NCBI GenBank assembly: GCA_963779865.1
Contig: CAVZZX010000003.1
Location: forward strand, 452,018 to 516,017
DNA length: 64,000 nucleotides
Source: an uncultured Gammaproteobacteria bacterium
Lineage (GTDB): Bacteria; Pseudomonadota; Gammaproteobacteria; CAVZZX01
Direction of reading: 5' to 3'
The translations under genes and the position numbers were made by a program. The number at the start of each line of letters is the position of its first letter. Position 1 is the first letter of the stretch. Below the pieces are notes generated by a model that ran no database searches, was not told where the DNA came from, and saw nothing but the letters and a program-made list of their open reading frames with translations. This document shows, piece after piece, positions 14,966 through 25,337 of the stretch.

Positions 14966-17047
14966 ATGAACGACGTCGCCGACCTGGACCTTAAGCGGCC
15001 CGACCTGTACATCAACCGCGAGCTCAGCCTGCTGGAATTCAACCGGCGCGTGCTCGAACAGGCCAAGGACACCAGCACGCCACTGCTCGAGCGCCTGCGC
15101 TTTCTCTGCATCTCCAGCACCAACCTGGACGAGTTTTTCGAGATCCGGGTGGCGGGGCTGATGGAGAAGGCCGAGCTCGGCTCGGTGCAGGCCGGCCCCG
15201 ACAACATGAACCCGCAGGAGACGCTCAAGGCCATCGCCGGGCGCGCCCACAACCTGGTCGATGAGCAGTACCGTGTGCTCAACGAGATCATCATTCCGGC
15301 GCTCGCCGAGCGCGACATCCACCTGCTGCGACGCAGCGACTGGAGCGCCGAGCAGGACCGGTGGTTGCGGCAGTACTTCGAGGAAGAGTTGCTGCCGGTG
15401 CTCAGCCCCGTGGGGCTGGACCCCGCCCACCCCTTTCCGCGCATCCTCAACAAGAGCCTGAACTTCATCGTCTCGCTGGAGGGGAAGGACGCCTTCGGGC
15501 GGAACATCGGCGTGGCCATCGTGCAGGCCCCACGCGCCTTGCCGCGCGTGATCCAGTTGCCGCCGGACAGCGGCAGCGGCCCATACGATTTCGTGTTCCT
15601 CTCCTCGGTCATCCACGCCTACGTGGACGAGCTGTTCCCCGGTATGCAGGTGAGCGGCTGTTACCAGTTCCGGGTCACGCGCAACAGCGACCTGTTCGTG
15701 GACGAGGAGGAGATCGACGACCTGCTGCGCGCCGTGGAGGGCGAGCTGCTCTCGCGCCGCTACGGCGATGCGGTGCGTCTGGAGGTGGCGGACAATTGCC
15801 CCGAAGACATGACCGCCTACCTGCTGAGCCGCTTCGATCTGGCCGCGGCGGACAGCTACCAGGTCAGTGGGCCGGTCAACCTCAACCGGCTCGAAGCGGT
15901 GTACGACATGGTGGACAAGCCGGATCTCAAGTACCCGGCCTTCACCCCCGGCCTGCCGGGCCGCCTGGCCTACAGCACGGACATGTACGAGGCCATCCGG
16001 GCGGGGGACGTGCTGCTGCATCATCCCTTCGAGTCGTTCGTCCCGGTGATCGACTTCGTGCGGGCCGCGGCGACCGACCCCAAAGTGCTCGCCATTCGCC
16101 AGACGCTGTACCGGACCGGGCCGCAGTCGGCCGTGGTCGATGCGTTGGTGAGCGCGGCCCGCGCCGGCAAAGAGGTGACGGTCATCATCGAGCTGCGCGC
16201 GCGCTTCGATGAAGAGGCGAACATCGCGCTGGCCAATCGGCTGCAGGAGGCCGGCGCCCACGTCCTCTACGGCGTGGTCGGCTACAAGACGCACGCCAAG
16301 ATGACCCTGGTGCTGCGCCGCGAGAAGCGCCACCTGCGCCACTACGTGCACCTGGGGACCGGCAACTATCACCCGCGCACCGCGCGCCTGTACACCGACT
16401 ACGGGCTGTTCACCTGTGACCGGGAGATCGGCGAGGACGTGCACCGCATCTTTCAGCAGCTCACCAGTCTGGGCCGCGTCAGCGGCCTGCATGCGCTGTT
16501 GCAGTCGCCGTTCACCCTGCACAGCGGGCTGCTCGAGAAGATCGAGCGGGAGATCGCCCACGCCCGCGCGGGCCGCCGCGCGCGTATCGCCGCAAAGATG
16601 AACTCGCTGGTGGAACCGGCGATGATCCAGGCCCTGTATCGCGCCTCGACGGCGGGTGTGCGGATCGACCTGGTGGTGCGCGGGCAGTGCTGCCTGCGCC
16701 CGGGCGTCCCGGGCGTGTCCGACAACATCCAGGTGCGCTCCATCATCGGCCGCTTCCTCGAGCACACCCGGGTGTACTGCTTCGACAACGGCGGGGATCC
16801 GGAGGTCTACTGCTCGAGCGCGGACTGGATGGACCGCAACTTCTTCCGCCGGGTGGAGGCCGCTTTCCCGATCCGCGACCCCGACCTGCGCGCGCGCGTG
16901 ATCGAGGAGTTGGCAATGTACCTGCGCGACAACGTGCAGGCCTGGTCCTTGCATGACGACGGCAGCTATGTGCGCGTGAGCGAAGCGGGGGCCGAGCCCT
17001 TTTGCGCCCAGGCGGCGCTGCTCGCCGCCTTGGCGGAGAGTGCCTGA
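14966..17047 (+). CDS. ppk: Polyphosphate kinase 1
   Basis: 693 aa; N-terminal MNDVADLDLKRPDLYINRELSLLEFNRRVLEQA and the PLD-like HxK regions typical of PPK1. Confidence 0.95.
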   Translation: MNDVADLDLKRPDLYINRELSLLEFNRRVLEQAKDTSTPLLERLRFLCISSTNLDEFFEIRVAGLMEKAELGSVQAGPDNMNPQETLKAIAGRAHNLVDEQYRVLNEIIIPALAERDIHLLRRSDWSAEQDRWLRQYFEEELLPVLSPVGLDPAHPFPRILNKSLNFIVSLEGKDAFGRNIGVAIVQAPRALPRVIQLPPDSGSGPYDFVFLSSVIHAYVDELFPGMQVSGCYQFRVTRNSDLFVDEEEIDDLLRAVEGELLSRRYGDAVRLEVADNCPEDMTAYLLSRFDLAAADSYQVSGPVNLNRLEAVYDMVDKPDLKYPAFTPGLPGRLAYSTDMYEAIRAGDVLLHHPFESFVPVIDFVRAAATDPKVLAIRQTLYRTGPQSAVVDALVSAARAGKEVTVIIELRARFDEEANIALANRLQEAGAHVLYGVVGYKTHAKMTLVLRREKRHLRHYVHLGTGNYHPRTARLYTDYGLFTCDREIGEDVHRIFQQLTSLGRVSGLHALLQSPFTLHSGLLEKIEREIAHARAGRRARIAAKMNSLVEPAMIQALYRASTAGVRIDLVVRGQCCLRPGVPGVSDNIQVRSIIGRFLEHTRVYCFDNGGDPEVYCSSADWMDRNFFRRVEAAFPIRDPDLRARVIEELAMYLRDNVQAWSLHDDGSYVRVSEAGAEPFCAQAALLAALAESA

Positions 17048-17050
17048 GCC

Positions 17051-18550
17051 TCAGGCGAAGCCCAGTTTCAGGCCGGCCGCCTCCAGCCAGGCGGCCTCCT
17101 GCTCCAGATCGGCGCGGGTCAGGGGATGGGCCTCCAGCCAGCCGCGCGGAAAGCGCAGGCGCAGATGCTCACCGTCCGCTTTCAGTGTGGTCGGCGGCAG
17201 CGGCTCGGGGTTGCGGCCGCGGTGCAGCAGCACGGCCAGGCGCAGCATGAGCGCCAGGCGCCGCATGTCCGCCCGCCGCCGGGAGGGCAGGGCGTCGAAG
17301 GCGGAGGCCGGGAATTTGCGTCGGTGCGCGCGGACCAGACTGGCCAACAGGCGCTGCTCCTGACGCGAGAAGCCCGGCAGGTCGGCGTGCTCGATCACGT
17401 AGGCGCCGTGCTTGTGGTACTGCGCGTGGGCGATGTCCAGGCCCACCTCGTGCAAGCGCGCCCCCCATTCCAGCAGCAGGGCGTCGTCCTCCGGCGCGCC
17501 GCCGCCCCGCAGCTGTGCATGCAGGGCAGTCGCGGTGTCCGCCACGCGTGCGGCGTGGTCCTCGTCGACGTGGTAGCGGCCGGCCAGCCCGCGGACGCTG
17601 CGGCCGCGCACGTCTTCGTGGTGCAGTCGGCCGCGCTGGTCGTACAGCAGCCCCTCACGCAGGGCGCCGTCGGCGACATGGATGCGCTCCAGCCCGAGGG
17701 CCTCGAACAGGCTGTGCACGATCACCGCGCCGCCGGGAAAGACCGCCCGGCGTTGCGCGCTCAGAGCGCCCGGCTTGAATGCGGCCGCGTCGCCGGCCTG
17801 GAGCAGGGCATCCAGCGCCTGGGCGGCCGCCTTGCGCGTAATCCCCTCGTCGCACCAGCCCGCCTCCTGCGCCACCCGGGCCAGGGCCTTCATCGTGCCC
17901 GAGGCACCGATGACCGCATCCCAGCCGGCGCGGCGGAACTGTTGCGCAAGCGGCTCGATCTCGAGGCGGGCGGCGAGTTGCGCCTTGTGCAGGCATTTGG
18001 CGTTGATGGTGCCGTTGGGGAACCAGCGCTCGGTGTAGGAGATACAGCCCATGTGCAGGCTCTCCATCCGCTCGGGCCGAAACCCGCGGCCGATGATCAG
18101 CTCCGTGCTGCCCCCGCCGATGTCGAGAACCAGACGCCGTTCGCCGCCCGCCGCGACCGAATGCGCCACCCCCAGATAGACCAGCCGCGCCTCCTCGACA
18201 CCGGAAATCACGTCGATGGGATGGCCCAGGGCCTGTTCCGCCGCCTGGAGGAAGGCGCCGGCATCGCGGGCGCTGCGCAGGGTATTGGTGCCGACGGCGC
18301 GCACCGCGTGGGATGGCAGCCCGCGCAGGCGCTGTCCGAAGCGGGCCAGACACTCCAGCGCCCGCTGCTGCGCCGCGGTATCGAGCGTGTGGTCCGCACC
18401 GAGCCCCCGCGCCAGCTGCACCATTTCGCGCAGCCGGTCGAGCACGATGAGCTCCTCGCCGTCGGGACGGGCGACCAGCATGTGAAAGCTGTTGGAACCC
18501 AGGTCCACGGCCGCGATCGTCGCGGGGCCCGCTTGTACGGCTTCGGTCAT
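17051..18550 (-). CDS. ppx: Exopolyphosphatase (Ppx/GppA family)
   Basis: 499 aa; ...IAAVDLGSNSFHMLVARP...GTNTLRSARDAG... is the Ppx/GppA ASKHA fold. Convergent with ppk, only 3 nt apart. Confidence 0.9.
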   Translation of the reverse strand: MTEAVQAGPATIAAVDLGSNSFHMLVARPDGEELIVLDRLREMVQLARGLGADHTLDTAAQQRALECLARFGQRLRGLPSHAVRAVGTNTLRSARDAGAFLQAAEQALGHPIDVISGVEEARLVYLGVAHSVAAGGERRLVLDIGGGSTELIIGRGFRPERMESLHMGCISYTERWFPNGTINAKCLHKAQLAARLEIEPLAQQFRRAGWDAVIGASGTMKALARVAQEAGWCDEGITRKAAAQALDALLQAGDAAAFKPGALSAQRRAVFPGGAVIVHSLFEALGLERIHVADGALREGLLYDQRGRLHHEDVRGRSVRGLAGRYHVDEDHAARVADTATALHAQLRGGGAPEDDALLLEWGARLHEVGLDIAHAQYHKHGAYVIEHADLPGFSRQEQRLLASLVRAHRRKFPASAFDALPSRRRADMRRLALMLRLAVLLHRGRNPEPLPPTTLKADGEHLRLRFPRGWLEAHPLTRADLEQEAAWLEAAGLKLGFA

Positions 18551-18625
18551 CGCCCGGCACGTGCCCAGCTGCTGCGAACGGTCCCTACATGGTAGGGCAA
18601 GGAGGGCGGCGGCGAAACGGGAGGT

Positions 18626-18907
18626 TCACTGCGCAGGGCCGGACAGGAACTGGAGGGCCATGCCCTCGTCCGTGCAGCGCACGACGGCGGCACGCACAGG
18701 CGGTGGCGGCTCACCTTCCAGGGCGCTGAGCACCTGGAGTACGAGTTCGCTCCCCGGCGGGGCGGGCGGATTGCCTGCGAGCTCGAGGAACACACCGTGG
18801 TCGCTGATATCGCGGGTGCGCAGGCGATAGCTGCGGCCGTCAGGGTAGGACACCGACACCGACATCGGGACGCGAAAACGGCGCGCGCGTCGCTTCTCAC
18901 GGGACAT
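18626..18907 (-). CDS. PilZ domain protein (c-di-GMP-binding type)
   Basis: RRxxxR ... D-x-S-x-x-G motif: MSREKRRARRFRVPMSVSVSY...RTRDISDHGVFLEL. Immediately upstream of ppx on the same strand. Alternative start at 18955. Confidence 0.6.
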   Translation of the reverse strand: MSREKRRARRFRVPMSVSVSYPDGRSYRLRTRDISDHGVFLELAGNPPAPPGSELVLQVLSALEGEPPPPVRAAVVRCTDEGMALQFLSGPAQ

Positions 18908-19022
18908 GGCAGCACTCCGGGGAAACAGGTCTGGGCCTATTGTCGGCCGCAGCACCCGTTAACTGAACCTTGCAGCGCCCGCCGTGCGGGGGCGGGTCCG
19001 GGGAGCCCGGACCCGCCCCGGC

Positions 19023-19463
19023 TTAGAGTGCGCCCTGGTCCCTGAGCAGCGGCAGCAGCTCGGGCCCCGGCGTCTGGGTGTAGTCCTTGCGGACCTCCGC
19101 GGCGATGAGTTTTTGTACGTGCGCGTTGAGCTGGGCGTTCAGGTGCCCGAGGAACTGCGGCGAGGCCACCACGACCAGGCGCGCATACTCGTTCCCCGCG
19201 CGTCCTCCGTCGAGCGCGTCGGCCAGTTCCATGGCAAAGCGGCGAGCTTCGTATTGTTTCGGGTCGGTCGCCTCCACCATGCTGCCGCTGCCCGCCCCGC
19301 GGCATTGATAGTGGCCGGCGCGGTCACTGGCCATGGCGGAGTTCTTGGTGCGGCTCTCCGGGTGGGAGAATTGCTTGAGCATTTCCAACTCGCCGAAGCG
19401 TTTCATGTTTCGGTAGAGCTTCGCTTCGCTGGAATTCGCAACGAGGATCCACGTGGGCTGCAT
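19023..19463 (-). CDS. Host attachment protein (Hap) family protein
   Basis: 146 aa; MQPTWILVANSSEAKLYRN... N-terminus is typical of the Host_attach family. AAGGGGA RBS. Start taken at aa 24 of the track ORF. Confidence 0.6.
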   Translation of the reverse strand: MQPTWILVANSSEAKLYRNMKRFGELEMLKQFSHPESRTKNSAMASDRAGHYQCRGAGSGSMVEATDPKQYEARRFAMELADALDGGRAGNEYARLVVVASPQFLGHLNAQLNAHVQKLIAAEVRKDYTQTPGPELLPLLRDQGAL

Positions 19464-19717
19464 AGGTGTTCCCCTTGTTCTGACGGGCCCGGTTCGGTGG
19501 GCCCTGCTTGTGGCATGGAACCAGTCATACAAGGCGGGATCGGCGATAGATCATCCTCTCGGGCCCCTCCGTTGGCGGCTGTGGATGCAGTGCCGGGACC
19601 GCTGGCATGAGCGCGGCCCCTTAACCCGTAGTCTGAGCCGCCGAACAGGGTGGCGCAAGGCGGGTGCCGGGCGCGCAGGGGCGCCGGTGCCCTGGCCGCC
19701 GGTCGGGGGCGCGTTGA

Positions 19718-21085
<1,368 letters not shown>

Positions 21086-21119
21086 AGGCGGGGCGCAGGG
21101 GGCGCCCCGGCCCCCGGCC

Positions 21120-21656
21120 TCAGAAACGCCCGCCGCGGATGAACTTGGTGCGCCAGTAGTCGTTGTGCAGGGTGCCGATGCGCACCTTGGCGCCGCTGGA
21201 GGGGGCATGCACGAAGCGCCCACCGCCGAGGTAGATCCCCACGTGGGAGACGCGCTTGCGCAGGGTGCGGAAGAAGACCAGGTCGCCGGGCCGCAGGTCG
21301 CGGCCGAGCACCGGCCGGCTGGCGCGGTATTGCCCAAGCACGGTGCGCGGCACGTCCAGTCCGGCATGGTGATAGCTGTAGTAGACCAGACCGCTGCAGT
21401 CGAAACCGCGCTGCGGCGAGGCGCCCCCGAAGCGGTAGGGGGTGCCCAGGACCTCGCGGGCGGTGCCGACAATGCCCGCTTGCGCGTGGGCGCTGCGCGG
21501 CGGCGCCCACGCGCAGGCGCCCAGCAGCAGCGCCGCGAGGCATAGGGACAATGCCCGCGCGCTCTGCCGTGCGATGGCCGGCGCCCGCCTCGCAGCGGAC
21601 GACCTTCGGGCGCTCGTCATGATACCGCTCCTCTGCGCCGGTGGCCTTTCCGTCAC
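21120..21656 (-). CDS. C40 family (NlpC/P60) peptidase, probable lipoprotein
   Basis: ...GTPYRFGGASPQRGFDCSGLVYYSYHHAG... has the catalytic Cys motif. Signal peptide with L-G-A-C lipobox. Alternative start at 21620. Confidence 0.75.
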   Translation of the reverse strand: MTERPPAQRSGIMTSARRSSAARRAPAIARQSARALSLCLAALLLGACAWAPPRSAHAQAGIVGTAREVLGTPYRFGGASPQRGFDCSGLVYYSYHHAGLDVPRTVLGQYRASRPVLGRDLRPGDLVFFRTLRKRVSHVGIYLGGGRFVHAPSSGAKVRIGTLHNDYWRTKFIRGGRF

Positions 21657-21839
21657 GGGAAAGCATGCAACATGCCGTGGCTCGCCGGCAAATGGCGCAG
21701 GGCGCAGGCCACGGCCTCCGGTGCGCGGCGGCGCCGTGCGCCGCTCGCCGGACCTGTCATTGTGTGGCCCCTGCTCGTGCGGCGCGGCGCCTGAGTCGCT
21801 ACAATGCGCGCCGCCTCGCCACCGTTTCCATGACCGGAT

Positions 21840-24210
21840 ATGCCCAAGCGTAAGCCTGCAAAACGAGCGCCCAAGGCCGCCCGCCGCACCCCGCGCCGCA
21901 CCTCCGCGCGCGGCTCGGCGCGAGCGCGGCCCAGCCGGGCCTCACGATGGCGTGTGCTCGCGGGGGCGTTCCTGGTGGGCGCCGTGCTGCTGGGTGCCTA
22001 TGCGGTGTACCTCGATGCGCAGATCCGGTTCCACTTCGAGGGTCGCCGTTGGGCGGTGCCGGCACACGTCTACGCGCGGCCGCTGGAGCTCTACCCGGGG
22101 CTGCGCCTGAGCGCGGAGCAACTGCGCGCGGAGCTGGACCTGCTTGGCTATCGCGAATTGCCCGATCCCGCGGGGCCGGGCAGCTACGCCGGGCGGGGTG
22201 CCCGGGTGAGCGTCTATACCCGTGCCTTCCACTTTCCCGACGGCGCGGAGCCCGACCGCGAATTCCGCGTATCCTTCGAGCAGGATCGCGTGGCGGCGGT
22301 GCGGCGCGCGGTGGACGGTGCGCCGCTGGACCTGGTGCGCCTGGAGCCGGTGGTCCTCGGCGGCATCTATCCAGCGCACCGCGAGGACCGCATTCTGGTG
22401 CGGCTCCAGGAGGTACCCGCTTTCCTGGTGCAGGGCCTGATTGCAGTGGAGGACCGGGGCTTTCGGCACCACTTCGGCATCGATCCGCTGGCCATCGGCC
22501 GCGCCGCCTTGGCCAACCTGCGCGCCGGCGCCGCCGTGCAAGGCGGCAGTACCCTGACGCAGCAGCTGGTCAAGAACTACTTCCTGACCAACGAGCGCAG
22601 CCTGTGGCGCAAGGCCACCGAGGCCCTCATGGCCATGCTCCTGGAGCTGCATTACAGCAAGGACGAGATCCTCCAGGCCTATCTGAACGAGGTCTATCTC
22701 GGGCAGGCCGGGCGCCGCTCCATCCACGGCGTGGGACTGGCCAGCCAGTTCTATTTCGGCCGCTCTGTGTCGCGCCTCAACCTGGCCCAGGCCGCGACCC
22801 TCATCGCCCTGGTGCGCGGCCCGTCCTATTACGACGCCTGGCGCCACCCCGAACGGCTGCGCGCGCGCCGCGACCGGGTGCTCGCCACCATGGCCGCGCA
22901 GGGGATCATCCCCGGGGCGCGCACAGGGTGCGCGCGAGATGCCGCTGGGCGTGGTGGAGCGCCCGCGCGGCAGCACCAGTCGTTACCCGGCCTTCATGGA
23001 CCTGGTGCGGCGCCAGCTGCAGCGCGATTACCGCGAGGAGGACCTCACGTCCGAGGGCCTGCGCATCTTCACCACCTTCGACCCGCTGGCCCAGCGGGCG
23101 GCCGAAGCCGGCCTGCGCGAGGGTGCCGCCGAGCTGGAGCGCGCGCGCGGCATCAAGCAGCTGGAGGGCGCGGTCATCGTGACCCGCCCCGATACCGGCG
23201 AAGTGCTCGCGGTGGTGGGGGGGCGCGACCCGCGCTATCCGGGCTTCAACCGTGCCCTGGATGCGCGCCGACAGGTCGGTTCGCTGCTCAAGCCGGCCGT
23301 GTATCTCACCGCGCTGGCCCAGCCGCAGGCCTACACCCTCACGACCCGGGTGGATGACGGCCCGGTGCGGGTGCGTGCCGGGGGCCAGGACTGGACGCCG
23401 ACCAACTATGAAGGCGTCTCCCACGGCGAGGTGCCGCTCTACGAGGCACTCGCCCATTCCTACAACCAGGCCACCGTGCGTCTGGGCATGACCCTCGGCA
23501 TGGACCGTGTGGGCGCGACCCTGCATGGCCTGGGCCTCGCGGAGGATGTGCCGCTGTATCCGTCCACGCTGTTGGGCGCGGTGGCGCTGACCCCCTACGA
23601 CATCACGCAGATGTATCAGACGCTCGCCACCGGCGGTTTTCGCACGCCCCTGCGCGCCATCCGGGAAGTGGTCCGGGGCGATGGCCAGCCGCTGCGCCGC
23701 TACGCGCTCAAGGTGGACCAGGCCTTCCAGCCGGCGCCGGTGGCAGCGCTCAACAGCGCCCTCGAGGAGGTGGTGCGCAGCGGCACCGCGCGGTCGCTGC
23801 GCCGCTGGATCCCCGCGGCGGTGCGCATTGCGGGCAAGACCGGCACCACCAACGATCTGCGCGACAGTTGGTTCGCCGGATTCAGCGGCCAGCACCTGAC
23901 CGTGGTATGGCTCGGTCGTGACGACAACCGCCCGGTCGGCCTGACCGGGGCCAGCGGGGCGCTGCGCGTTTTCGGCGAGACCATGATGCGGCTGCACACC
24001 GAGGGGCGCGGCGGCGCGCTGCCGGAGAGCGCCGAAGAGGTGGCCGTGGATCGCGACAGCCTGCTGCGCGGGGATCAAGGCTGCAGCGCCAGCGTGCGCC
24101 TCACGTTCGTGCGGGGGAGCGCGCCGCGGGACTTCGCCCCCTGCGCGGGCGGCAAGGTCGGGCGTGCCGTCCACGACACCGTCGACTGGTTCAAGAAACT
24201 ATGGAATTGA
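21840..24210 (+). pseudogene. mrcB: Penicillin-binding protein 1B (bifunctional transglycosylase/transpeptidase), split by a +1 frameshift near 22900-22940
   Basis: ORF 21840..23357 carries the TM helix and transglycosylase domain (...EDRGFRHHFGIDPLAIGRAALAN...STLTQQLVKN...) up to ...MAAQGII, then Pro/Arg-rich noise. ORF 22939..24210 carries the transpeptidase domain (...SLLKPAVYL...KTGTTND...). Total span 2371 nt = 3n+1. Confidence 0.8.
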
Positions 24211-24722
24211 CTCGTTTCCCCCTCGGCAGGCTGGTCCTGACGGCGGCGCTTATCGTGCTCGCCGCCTGCAGCACCCCGGCGCCGCGGCCTGAGCCCGCCC
24301 CTGAGGCTGCGCCGCCTGCCCAGTCGCCTGCCGCCTCACCGGCGACGCCGGCGCCCGCGCGGCAGGAGGGTGCCCCGCCTGCGCCCGAGAGCGGCACCGG
24401 CCGCGCCGTGACCGCATTGTTGGTGCAGGCCAGCCGTGCCGAGCGGGCGGGGGATCTGGGCGCCACCGAGACCTACCTGGAGCGGGCGTTGCGCATCGAG
24501 CCCGGCAACGCGTCCCTGTGGCATTACATGGCGCGCCTGCGCCTGGTGGGCGGCGCGAACGCGCAGGCGGCCCAACTGGCCGCGCGCTCCAACAGCCTCG
24601 CCCAGGGCGACCGGCCCCTGCAGCGCGAGAACTGGCGCCTCATCAGCGAGGCCCGGCGGCGCGCCGGCGACCTCAGCGGCGCCCGCGAGGCCGCGACTCG
24701 GGCCGAGGCACTGAGCCCGTGA
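24201..24722 (+). CDS. TPR-like repeat lipoprotein
   Basis: Signal peptide plus lipobox (LVLTAALIVLAAC). Pro/Ala-rich linker. TPR-like ...ETYLERALRIEPGNASLWHYMARLRL... Overlaps the mrcB end by 10 nt. Confidence 0.55.
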   Translation: MELTRFPLGRLVLTAALIVLAACSTPAPRPEPAPEAAPPAQSPAASPATPAPARQEGAPPAPESGTGRAVTALLVQASRAERAGDLGATETYLERALRIEPGNASLWHYMARLRLVGGANAQAAQLAARSNSLAQGDRPLQRENWRLISEARRRAGDLSGAREAATRAEALSP

Positions 24723-24792
24723 GCGGTGTCGAATTGCGCCCCGGAGGGGATGATAGTACTTTGCAGCGATCCGGTGGCGAGGGCGTCTAGGG

Positions 24793-25305
24793 GTGGCGGT
24801 GTATGCGCTCGACAAGCTGATGAGCGAGGCCCGGCGGCTGGCGGCCGAATACCGCCGTACCACCGGCAAGTCGCTCGGCATCAGCGGTGAGATCGCCAAG
24901 CACGACGCCTGCCGCCTGCTCGGGCTGGAGCCGCACAACGGCCCCGCCGGCGGCTTCGACGCCGTGGGCCGCGGCCCCCGCGCCGGGCGGCGGATCCAGA
25001 TCAAGGGCCGAGCCGTTTTCGATGAGCGCAAGGGTGGCCAGCGCATCGGCCAGCTCAAGCTCGACCAGGACTGGGACAGCCTGATCCTGGTGGTGATGGA
25101 CGAGAACTTCGAGCCGGACGCCATTTACGAGGCGCCCCGCGCGCGGATTCTCGAGGCCCTCGAAGAGGCGCCCCAGAGCGGGCGCCACCGGCGCGGGGCC
25201 ATGTCGGTGGCGCGCTTCCGCAAGCTCGCCGATCGGGTGTGGGCCCGCGAGGCGGGCCCCGCCACCGAGCCGACGTCCCGGGAGAGCCCCGGCCCCGATG
25301 CCTGA
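24793..25305 (+). CDS. Hypothetical protein with possible PD-(D/E)XK-like nuclease core (weak)
   Basis: 170 aa; ...GISGEIAKHDACRLLGLE...GFDAVGRGPRAGRRIQIKGR... shows D-x13-Q-I-K spacing. Ends 33 nt before the yoaA start, same strand. Confidence 0.45.
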   Translation: MAVYALDKLMSEARRLAAEYRRTTGKSLGISGEIAKHDACRLLGLEPHNGPAGGFDAVGRGPRAGRRIQIKGRAVFDERKGGQRIGQLKLDQDWDSLILVVMDENFEPDAIYEAPRARILEALEEAPQSGRHRRGAMSVARFRKLADRVWAREAGPATEPTSRESPGPDA

Positions 25306-25337
25306 GGCGTGCCGAGCCGCGCACCGGCACGTCCCGC

